A stretch of 63,590 bases of DNA, from the sequence record OR880647.1. One strand, given 5' to 3'. The DNA comes from Escherichia phage ECP2304. The position numbers and the translations under genes are program-made. The notes under the pieces are model-generated. The model made no database searches. It had not been told where the DNA came from and worked only from the letters and a program-made list of their open reading frames with translations. Below are positions 37,593-45,385 of the stretch, one piece after another (within the stretch, counting starts at the first letter, position 1; each line of letters opens with the position of its first letter).

Positions 37593-38512
37593 CAGAACAA
37601 CTCCATTACACGATCACGGAATGTGCCGTCATGGGTAGCGTTAATGTTTGCAGCAATTACACCATACGCCCATAAGTTGAAGGCGGCACGTGATTCATAG
37701 ATTGTTGATAAACGTTCGTAAGTGAAACCGTTTTGCTCAAGGTATTTAAGGACAGCGTCTTGTTCAATTTCAGTTAATGTTGAAACATGCTTACCAAAAT
37801 GATGGCGGTCCGGTGACTTATCTGATACGCGCATTGGTCCCCACGGAGGGGTAACCACACTTCCAAACGCTGCCGCTTGAATCCAGGAGGATGAGTCACA
37901 GCTATACCACGGATAACGCTCCATAATGGTTGTGGACGTAATACCAAACGCATGAAGTTTAATTTTAGCACGTCCGCTACCGTCGCAAATATATTTGTCC
38001 CACATGCGGTCCAGCCAAGTTTTAAGCGTGTCCGTTGAACGTCCTACCATGCCCCCAATGGTGATATATTCGTAGTTCTTCATGTAGTATTCAAGATAGC
38101 GGAAGTCCTCCCCAAAGTGAAAGCAAGGTAACGGTTTAGCACCGCGTGCTTCCATTTCAAGCTGGTTACGGTAGGTTTGCAACGGGTCACCAATACCGTC
38201 GAGCACCGACGCCATTACAGCACCATCTTCTACGCGAAGGATGTCTTTGTTACGCTTGATGTATTCGCAGTATTCAACAATATCAATGTGAGCACCCAAA
38301 GAGTGCGCGGAGAATGCACCTGAGTCGAGAAACACTTTAGCCCCATCCGCACGCATTTGATCAACATACTTCTGACGTCCAACGTAGTGGTATGATTCCA
38401 AAATATTTGGAAGGCTATTAACAATGTCTTTTTCCCGATCGTTTAACTTTTCATATCGTTGTTGACCAGCTTTATAGCCGTTGGTATATACCGCAGCGAC
38501 AAACAGATGCAT
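37592..38512 (-). CDS. dpdA: DpdA-like DNA-guanine transglycosylase
   Basis: TGT-superfamily-like FLDSGAFS motif; 306 aa; inside queuosine-precursor gene cluster. Confidence 0.6.
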   Translation of the reverse strand: MHLFVAAVYTNGYKAGQQRYEKLNDREKDIVNSLPNILESYHYVGRQKYVDQMRADGAKVFLDSGAFSAHSLGAHIDIVEYCEYIKRNKDILRVEDGAVMASVLDGIGDPLQTYRNQLEMEARGAKPLPCFHFGEDFRYLEYYMKNYEYITIGGMVGRSTDTLKTWLDRMWDKYICDGSGRAKIKLHAFGITSTTIMERYPWYSCDSSSWIQAAAFGSVVTPPWGPMRVSDKSPDRHHFGKHVSTLTEIEQDAVLKYLEQNGFTYERLSTIYESRAAFNLWAYGVIAANINATHDGTFRDRVMELF

Positions 38513-39069
38513 TATTCCACCTCAAATTTATTACGCTTAGATCTGTTTTCTTCAATAGATAAGTATTGTAGGTTACTAAGGACGTGAAGTCCACTGACTC
38601 TTTTACCGCAAAGGGGTATAATATGATCAACCTCCATCCCATCCGGGCAGTTAGCGTAGAACAATTCAATTTGTTCTTTTTCAGACCACGCAGGGATTCT
38701 TAAAGACCTTTTCTTATGCACTTCAAGGGAATGTAACCTTGATCTAGCTTTACCGTAATCTGTCTTAGCCCAGCGTTTCAGCCTTTCTTTATTTTGTTCT
38801 TTACCTTTCTCAGTAGAATCATAAGCAGCTTTTGAACGTTGAAGGGCTTCTTTTCCTTTCTGTGACTTATGGTATCTCTTAACAGCATTCCTTGCAGCTT
38901 CTGTTTTATTGTAAATACGCATTCTTTTCTTTCGTGCTTCTCTGTCACAAGTAATACAATAGCCATCTACAGTCTTTCTTTCAGAAACATGACCTTTCGC
39001 ACAAGGCTTACCAGTAAAATAATATTTCAAACCTCTTTCTTTTGCTTCAGCTCTTGTGATAATTTCCAT
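38512..39069 (-). CDS. HNH homing endonuclease
   Basis: EVDHIIP...N...N HNH motif; N-terminal zinc module; very basic. Confidence 0.7.
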   Translation of the reverse strand: MEIITRAEAKERGLKYYFTGKPCAKGHVSERKTVDGYCITCDREARKKRMRIYNKTEAARNAVKRYHKSQKGKEALQRSKAAYDSTEKGKEQNKERLKRWAKTDYGKARSRLHSLEVHKKRSLRIPAWSEKEQIELFYANCPDGMEVDHIIPLCGKRVSGLHVLSNLQYLSIEENRSKRNKFEVE

Positions 39070-39139
39070 TGTCTTATACCAACTAAAAAGCCCATACCAG
39101 TATTATGACCGATATGGGCTTGATCTGTAAAGCTATCTA

Positions 39140-39736
39140 TTATTTACAAGCTTCTAGGAACTCACGGCGCCAAATATAACCATTCTCCGTCTCAATACCA
39201 AATTCACCAGTGGCTGTCGCACCGCGAAATGCTTTAGTGATAGTAGAGCTTCCGCATACCTGCTTAACACCGCGCGACTCCATGCACATATGCTTGGCGT
39301 CAATATAAACACATACAGCTTTCGGGTTTAAATGCTCTTGAATAGCGTCTGCAATCTGGTTAGTAAGACGTTCCTGAACTTGCAGTCGACGACTAAAAGC
39401 ATCCACAACGCGAGACAGCTTACTAAGCCCAACGATCTTCCCATTGGGGACATAACCCACAACAGCATGACCGATGATAGGAGCCATATGGTGTTCACAA
39501 TGGCTGTATACAGGAATATCACGGACAATGACCATTTCATTGGTGTTTTCCGCCCCGTCTTCAAAGGTCTTAAACAGACCAGCAATATCTACATCGTAAC
39601 CGCCGAACCATGTAGCATAGGCTTTGGCTACACGTGATGGAGTTTCTTGTAGACCTTGACGTAGAGTAGGTGAAGCATGGTCTTCAATATTAAACAACAG
39701 GGACATCACAGCGTTTTCAACAGCTTTAATATTCAT
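39140..39736 (-). CDS. folE: GTP cyclohydrolase I
   Basis: CEHHM and GLSKL motifs; 198 aa. Confidence 0.8.
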   Translation of the reverse strand: MNIKAVENAVMSLLFNIEDHASPTLRQGLQETPSRVAKAYATWFGGYDVDIAGLFKTFEDGAENTNEMVIVRDIPVYSHCEHHMAPIIGHAVVGYVPNGKIVGLSKLSRVVDAFSRRLQVQERLTNQIADAIQEHLNPKAVCVYIDAKHMCMESRGVKQVCGSSTITKAFRGATATGEFGIETENGYIWRREFLEACK

Positions 39737-39771
39737 GGTTTGCAGTTTCCTTGTTTGTTAATGTGGTCATA

Positions 39772-40308
39772 TTACAGGCTATAGTTTACGTGACATTTCG
39801 AAGTTTCTTCGATGGTGCATTCTACAAGTTGAACACCATGTTCGTCAAGCAGTTGGGGGCCAATCACGTTAACCATATATGCAGCTAAGTTTTCCGCAGT
39901 TGGGTTGAATGGTAAGGACACTAACGAATTAAAGAAGTGGTTTTCATCTTCTTTATCTATAGCATCGTCATCAAAATTGTTTCGATCGAAGATAATTAAT
40001 GTCTTCAAACCATCGATAAGATTATCCTTTTCCCAATGCAGGAATTTATGATCCCAGTTATCTTCCAGCCATTGGCAGAGCGTAGTTTTAACCACACTAA
40101 AATCAATAACGCGCCCAACATCGTCCAGTTTACCTTCAACGGAGAAACCTTTCGCGCCCGGGATGTAGTTTTCGCTTTCTACGCGCTTCGGCGCAACCTT
40201 AAAATGAAACTTATAGTTGTGACCGTGAAGATGACGACACTTGCTTTCATGTCCTACAACACGATGTCCAGCACAAATTTCATGTGAACGAATTACTGTA
40301 TAGCTCAT
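39772..40308 (-). CDS. queD: 6-carboxy-5,6,7,8-tetrahydropterin synthase
   Basis: CxGH...HGHNY motif. Confidence 0.75.
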   Translation of the reverse strand: MSYTVIRSHEICAGHRVVGHESKCRHLHGHNYKFHFKVAPKRVESENYIPGAKGFSVEGKLDDVGRVIDFSVVKTTLCQWLEDNWDHKFLHWEKDNLIDGLKTLIIFDRNNFDDDAIDKEDENHFFNSLVSLPFNPTAENLAAYMVNVIGPQLLDEHGVQLVECTIEETSKCHVNYSL

Positions 40309-40309
40309 T

Positions 40310-40579
40310 TTAATCCTCTTCTACTCTATTCATAAATTCCAAATAACGACGCATAGTTTCTTCTTTTGTGGAAGAATTAAAATGCGACCAACCGTTATCT
40401 AACGAATAACCCCAGTAATACTCACCATACTTCTTCCGCATAGCTGGGATGGGGCATTTCCTTCTTTCAAGCTTAGGATTCTGCGATCTTATATACGCTT
40501 GTTTTTCTTTAAGGCTTAATGCTTCAAACCAATCAGCTTGCTCGTGTGGCTTTAAATGACTTGGAGGTACAGGAATCAT
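40310..40579 (-). CDS. hypothetical protein (89 aa)
   Basis: Clean ORF inside modification cluster. Confidence 0.5.
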   Translation of the reverse strand: MIPVPPSHLKPHEQADWFEALSLKEKQAYIRSQNPKLERRKCPIPAMRKKYGEYYWGYSLDNGWSHFNSSTKEETMRRYLEFMNRVEED

Positions 40580-41154
40580 TTTAACACCTCTTTAGATTGT
40601 TCGATTTCTAACGCACGCTGTGCAGACGCAATAATGTCTTTCAAATCTTCTACCAGACTTTTATGACCGCGTTCGCCAGGCTGCAACGCCTTTTTAATCA
40701 AATGTTGTAAAGCTGGGTTAGTCGTTTTCCAAGCTTCCAAGACATCATACACGTCCACGATGCATTTTACAACATTGCCGTTTTGATCTTTACCATAAAT
40801 AACTTTCTGGTATTTGTTTAGATTGTCGTCTTTATTCATAACAGATCGTATATCCCAATCCTTTCCGTATACGCCCAGTCCATCAATAGCGAAACTTTCA
40901 GAAGTCACTTTAAATCCATTTTCACCGGCTTGTCTAACGTAATCTTCTGCGACAATATAACGCCAAGATATAACCGAATCCCTTTCTAACGGTATTACGT
41001 TATCACAGGATTTTTTATACCAGTCCCATCCTTGCCTATGATTTTTCTTAAGAGAACCGTCAGCTAATTGAACTTCAAACTGTTCGTTTTGAAGAAAAAT
41101 GGGCATTCCTTTCCCATCATGCTTGTGCCAAATTTTATTAAGATTATCTTTCAT
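40576..41154 (-). CDS. hypothetical protein (192 aa)
   Basis: Clean ORF inside modification cluster. Confidence 0.5.
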   Translation of the reverse strand: MKDNLNKIWHKHDGKGMPIFLQNEQFEVQLADGSLKKNHRQGWDWYKKSCDNVIPLERDSVISWRYIVAEDYVRQAGENGFKVTSESFAIDGLGVYGKDWDIRSVMNKDDNLNKYQKVIYGKDQNGNVVKCIVDVYDVLEAWKTTNPALQHLIKKALQPGERGHKSLVEDLKDIIASAQRALEIEQSKEVLK

Positions 41155-41156
41155 TT

Positions 41157-41636
41157 TTACGCTCTCGCTGTACGTGAATGAACTTCATAAACAACCCAAA
41201 GGATGGCAGATGCTGTGAACTTACTTAAGCTCATTGCTACCATTGATCCCGGATTAACAATACCTATAATACTTAAGAACACAATGGAGTCAATCGGTAC
41301 AGCTACCAAAGAGCTAATAAATACACGTTGATGAAACGGCTTCTTAGTAATCGTGTATACCGCATAGTCCGCAAACTCGCTAAGAGCAAAGGATGCAACG
41401 GATGCAACTACAACAGCAGGATCCCCGAATACCCAGCTAAGGACACAACCAATAATCATTGCAGGGATAACACCTTTGCCAGCATTACGCTGTGCGTAGT
41501 CGCGCAACACAAAGATAATACCTACAAAGAAAGCCATCATGGGGACTACGCCAAGAGGCGTGTTAAGCATTGGAAGGTAGGAAAAGCCCAGGTTCACGAA
41601 TGTAATTGCAGCCAGATAAGCAACGATAAATTTCAT
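41157..41636 (-). CDS. putative queuosine-precursor transporter (YhhQ-like)
   Basis: ATG 41634-41636 after GGAG; multi-TM protein resembling E. coli YhhQ segments by eye. Confidence 0.45.
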   Translation of the reverse strand: MKFIVAYLAAITFVNLGFSYLPMLNTPLGVVPMMAFFVGIIFVLRDYAQRNAGKGVIPAMIIGCVLSWVFGDPAVVVASVASFALSEFADYAVYTITKKPFHQRVFISSLVAVPIDSIVFLSIIGIVNPGSMVAMSLSKFTASAILWVVYEVHSRTARA

Positions 41637-41756
41637 ACTTTTGTTCTCCAGTTTTAACAGCGTTATTCGCTGGTTGTTGGGTTTAAAAGCTTTAGTAGTA
41701 TAGTTGGGTTCCCGCACCCTAAACAATGCGCTAGCGGTGCGGTTTTCGCGGTAAGA

Positions 41757-42479
41757 TCAAACGTGTTTGCTGTAAGCGTTATCCATAAATTCGCTGTACC
41801 CTTTAGCACGTAGTTTGCACGCAGGACATTCACCGCAACCATATCCCCAGTCATGCAGAGTGCGACGGACGCCGTTATAGCAAGTATGGGACTGTTCAAT
41901 TACTGTGGTTAAGAAACCAACCTTATCCGCTAGCTCAAACGTTTCTGCTTTATTTAAACGCATAAGCGGGGTAACGAAATGAATATCTGTTTCATATCCA
42001 ACGTTTAACGTAGCTTCAAGCAAGTCTACAAACTGCTGGCGGCAATCTGGATAACCGCTATAGTCTGTTTCACAAACGCCCGTAACCACATATCGGGCGC
42101 CAACTTTCTGTGCGTAGGCGTGCGCGGTAGTCAGGAAAAGAGCATTACGGTTTGGCACAAAGCTTGCCGGAAGGTTGTTGTGCTGTTCGTGATGTTCGTT
42201 AACATCACCTTCGTCCCCGATTAAAGCGCTATTCCCAATCTGTTTCAAAGCAGGTAATTCAAAGACAACAAATGGGACATCGTGCTCTTTACAAATTTGA
42301 TTAGCACAAGCCAGCTCAATGTTATGACGTTGACCGTATGCAAAACCAATAGCGTAAACCTTATCATAGTTATTAAGTGCAAGACCTAAACAGGTCACGC
42401 TGTCCTGGCCGCCAGACAGGACGACAACGGCGGAGTTATGATTTTTTACAGGGAACACCAGTTTATCTAATTTATTCAT
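41757..42479 (-). CDS. queC: 7-cyano-7-deazaguanine synthase
   Basis: PP-loop SGGQDS; C-terminal zinc Cys cluster CGECPAC; ATG at 42477-42479. Confidence 0.8.
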   Translation of the reverse strand: MNKLDKLVFPVKNHNSAVVVLSGGQDSVTCLGLALNNYDKVYAIGFAYGQRHNIELACANQICKEHDVPFVVFELPALKQIGNSALIGDEGDVNEHHEQHNNLPASFVPNRNALFLTTAHAYAQKVGARYVVTGVCETDYSGYPDCRQQFVDLLEATLNVGYETDIHFVTPLMRLNKAETFELADKVGFLTTVIEQSHTCYNGVRRTLHDWGYGCGECPACKLRAKGYSEFMDNAYSKHV

Positions 42480-42480
42480 C

Positions 42481-42669
42481 TTAGAACCCTTTAAGGCTAA
42501 TATTAAGATTAACGACCACTTGTTCAACTACATCATCAGATGTCATCTGACGCTTATGAATTTCAAGCTCCGAATGTATGTTCTTTGATGCAGCACGACA
42601 GATAGCGTCATTCAGCTCGTCTTGTAAACGTTGCATCTTCTGCATAAGAATCACAGTTTCTTCATTCAT
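42481..42669 (-). CDS. hypothetical protein, tandem paralog A (62 aa)
   Basis: Similar to adjacent 42662..42874 product. Confidence 0.5.
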   Translation of the reverse strand: MNEETVILMQKMQRLQDELNDAICRAASKNIHSELEIHKRQMTSDDVVEQVVVNLNISLKGF

Positions 42670-42874
42670 CTTCTACACCTTTAATATCACAAGGATTAAT
42701 TGTTACATTTGACATCACAATTGGATGATTGCGTGCCCCGATTGTGCTAACGTGATTAATATCTAATTCTACATGCACGCCCTGCATGGTAGCGTGAGCA
42801 ATTGCAGAATTAAGTTTTTCTACCAGCTCAGTGATCATTTCCTGATGCTGTTTCGCTTCTTCCAAAGTGATCAT
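42662..42874 (-). CDS. hypothetical protein, tandem paralog B (70 aa)
   Basis: GAAGGTGA RBS; similar to 42481..42669 product. Confidence 0.5.
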   Translation of the reverse strand: MITLEEAKQHQEMITELVEKLNSAIAHATMQGVHVELDINHVSTIGARNHPIVMSNVTINPCDIKGVEDE

Positions 42875-43127
42875 TTCTTTTCACCTTCACTAATGTTTGT
42901 TTATAATCCATACCTTCAAGGTCAACTTCTGCCATTTCACAAAAGTTATTATCCTCCCAGTATGGTGTCCATTTAGTTTGACCATCCCTCAATGTTGGCT
43001 CATACTCGAATCCATAAATTGTACCGTCTTGATCCGTAGCTAGCCACCATACCCATTCAGGGACATCAAGCTTATTGCCAAAATATTCAACTTCTTTAGT
43101 ATGCACAACCTGACTTAACACACGCAT
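42828..43127 (-). CDS. hypothetical protein, third member of paralog family
   Basis: Shares motifs with 4187..4438 and 5013..5309. Confidence 0.55.
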   Translation of the reverse strand: MRVLSQVVHTKEVEYFGNKLDVPEWVWWLATDQDGTIYGFEYEPTLRDGQTKWTPYWEDNNFCEMAEVDLEGMDYKQTLVKVKRNDHFGRSETASGNDH

Positions 43128-43834
43128 TATTCCACCCCGATATATTTGTGAACCTGAAGCTGCAATGTGTACCCGTGTTTCATACAGCTTTGGACAACCG
43201 CTTGAATGTTACTGTGGTTAAGATCTTCATCCTGCTCGTCCATTGGCTGTAAATATATCTTACCCTTGAACCCCTTCGGAGGTCTAGCGATAAATGGCGT
43301 AGCCTGATGATCTAATGCTTGAAGAGGTAAACCATCTTCCACGTTTACACAGCACGCTTTAAGTACATATTTAAATGCATTAGCGCGGTACAGCACAGAA
43401 GGATGAATCTTTGAGGTCTTAGGACTACATACAATCACAGGCAACTGGGAAAAGTTCTTAGGTAAAGGCATAGACCCATTAGTTTCAATTTGCACCAAAT
43501 AGCCGCGCGATAACAGTTGTTGAATAAACGGGTTAATTTGCTGACGGAACGGTTCACCCCCAGTAATAACCACAAGTGAGGTGCTATTGCCTGATTCCAG
43601 CTTACGGCTTTCAATTAAACGCATGATATCAACAATGTGATATTTGGTGCGACCGTTGGTATAGTCAGTATCACAGCCCGGACATTGCAGGTTACACCCA
43701 GCAAGACGCACAAATACAGCAGGCTGGCCGCAGAATGGCCCTTCACCTTGAATGGTAGAGAATACCGAATGCACGTCTAAATACATATCGTTTTCTTTAG
43801 AACGAGACTCGGGAGCTTGTTGATTAATATTCAT
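43127..43834 (-). CDS. queE: 7-carboxy-7-deazaguanine synthase (radical SAM)
   Basis: TIQGEG, CNLQCPGCDT cluster, ITGGEP, ETNG; AGAGGA RBS. Confidence 0.8.
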   Translation of the reverse strand: MNINQQAPESRSKENDMYLDVHSVFSTIQGEGPFCGQPAVFVRLAGCNLQCPGCDTDYTNGRTKYHIVDIMRLIESRKLESGNSTSLVVITGGEPFRQQINPFIQQLLSRGYLVQIETNGSMPLPKNFSQLPVIVCSPKTSKIHPSVLYRANAFKYVLKACCVNVEDGLPLQALDHQATPFIARPPKGFKGKIYLQPMDEQDEDLNHSNIQAVVQSCMKHGYTLQLQVHKYIGVE

Positions 43835-43903
43835 CTTAAATCCTCTAGTGAAAAAGAAAGCGCCTCATTGGGCGCCTTCATTATAACGTGATATGTTTTA
43901 ATA

Positions 43904-44704
43904 TTACAAGCCGTTCAGGGCTTCCGGTACTGGTACAGGTACGCAACCAGTCACACCATTAAATTTCTTCCAGCGTGCATACTGGGTTTTAACAGTATCT
44001 TCGTTCAGCCCGTGGCGACCAGCCAGGTTCAGAACATAAGAGATCGGAGCAGGCTGACCCAGCGTAGCGCTAATCTGGTCCATCAGAGCCCAAGCACGAC
44101 CGCAGGAAGTTTCCGGTTGCGGACGGCGAACACCGTTCTGTTCCGGCATACGATTAGCTTCTTTTTCTTTCTCACGGAGCTCTTTAGCGCGTGCTTTTTC
44201 CGCTTCTTTTTCTGCCTGTTTTGCAGCACGGATCTTGTCTTTGAAGCCTTTAATAGTAGCTTCCAGTTCGTCGACCATGCTCTGAGCAGCAGTCACTGCA
44301 CCGGACAGATCTTCACCTTTGGATTTTTTAACAACTGCTTTCAGATCTTTCAGAGCATTCTTTAAATGCTTCAGCTGTTCAGAACCCTTAGATTCTGCTT
44401 CCGTAATCTGTTCAACAGTGCTTTCATCGGTAATACCGGATAAAGCAAACTTCACGGTTTCAACTGCCTGGGAAAGAGCGGTAAATTTGTTTTCCGCTTC
44501 AATGCGGATTTCAGCTTGTTTCTTTTCAGCGGCAGCTTTTTTCTCTGCTTCTTTTTTCTCTTTTGCTACGCGTGCAGCTTCAGCAGCAGCGGCTTTCTTA
44601 GCTTCTGCGTCATTCACAGTAGCTTCTTTCTTTGCAGGTTTAGCAGATTTTGCAGCGGCAGCGGCGGCTGCGGCAGCAGCTTTTTTGTCTTCAATGTTGC
44701 TCAT
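43904..44704 (-). CDS. hypothetical Ala/Lys-rich coiled-coil protein
   Basis: ATG 44702-44704 after GGAG; poly-Ala run and KKAAAE repeats; C-terminal 70-aa globular region. Confidence 0.55.
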   Translation of the reverse strand: MSNIEDKKAAAAAAAAAAKSAKPAKKEATVNDAEAKKAAAAEAARVAKEKKEAEKKAAAEKKQAEIRIEAENKFTALSQAVETVKFALSGITDESTVEQITEAESKGSEQLKHLKNALKDLKAVVKKSKGEDLSGAVTAAQSMVDELEATIKGFKDKIRAAKQAEKEAEKARAKELREKEKEANRMPEQNGVRRPQPETSCGRAWALMDQISATLGQPAPISYVLNLAGRHGLNEDTVKTQYARWKKFNGVTGCVPVPVPEALNGL

Positions 44705-44831
44705 TCTCTTCACTCCGAATTGTTATGGGTTCGTTTGTTACCAACGGGGTTAAATGTACCAAAGGATTTTGTGACACGCAACCCCTTATCTGAACATTTT
44801 TAAAAATATTTTTGATCAAGCTTAGAACTTA

Positions 44832-45326
44832 CTAGCTCTTTGCCCCTCTGCCCGGCGTCCATGCAGCTTGCAATGCGGGTTGCTCACAAACGACCCTGGC
44901 ACCGGAAATAATACCACCCTCCCGTTCAGCATCGTATTTGACACGGGCAGGTTTCCAAAGTCCTTCATCCATTGACGGAACGTATTGCCCAATTTGAGGT
45001 GAGCAAAAGCCTTGGATATCGTATTCCACACAGAATTCGGCTTGTGCGCTGATTTGGGCGTGATCCAGGATTGTTTCTGGAAGTTGCGTAAAGTAATCAA
45101 ACAAAATGCGCTCAACGATTTCCCGTTCATAAGGTGCAGTTCCTAAATTTTCTGTCAAGTTAATATAAAGCATTTGAAGATCAACATCTTCAAGATCGTG
45201 TAAATCGTCTACTGGTGTTACCAGTGTTGACTCAGGGCAACAAATAATTCCAAGTTGGTGTAGTGTCAGCCAATTGGGATGCTTTGCCAAGAGTTCAAAT
45301 TTATCTGTATCAATCAGGACGTACAT
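44832..45326 (-). CDS. hypothetical protein (164 aa)
   Basis: Clean ORF. Confidence 0.5.
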   Translation of the reverse strand: MYVLIDTDKFELLAKHPNWLTLHQLGIICCPESTLVTPVDDLHDLEDVDLQMLYINLTENLGTAPYEREIVERILFDYFTQLPETILDHAQISAQAEFCVEYDIQGFCSPQIGQYVPSMDEGLWKPARVKYDAEREGGIISGARVVCEQPALQAAWTPGRGAKS

Positions 45327-45385
45327 TGCAATCCCCTATAAATAAGTAATGCCCCAATAGTAGGGGCATTAGATGTTGAAGTCAA

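Noticed and set aside
37592-43834. Further tailoring of preQ0 to archaeosine-like, preQ1 or ADG bases
   Set aside because: No Gat-QueC fusion, QueF-like or DpdC-like gene recognised; QueC is of standard length. The unknown ORFs in the cluster leave this open.
44012-44803. Plus-strand ORFs antisense to the Ala/Lys-rich gene
   Set aside because: Low-complexity repeat artefacts with Phe/Ser-rich translations.
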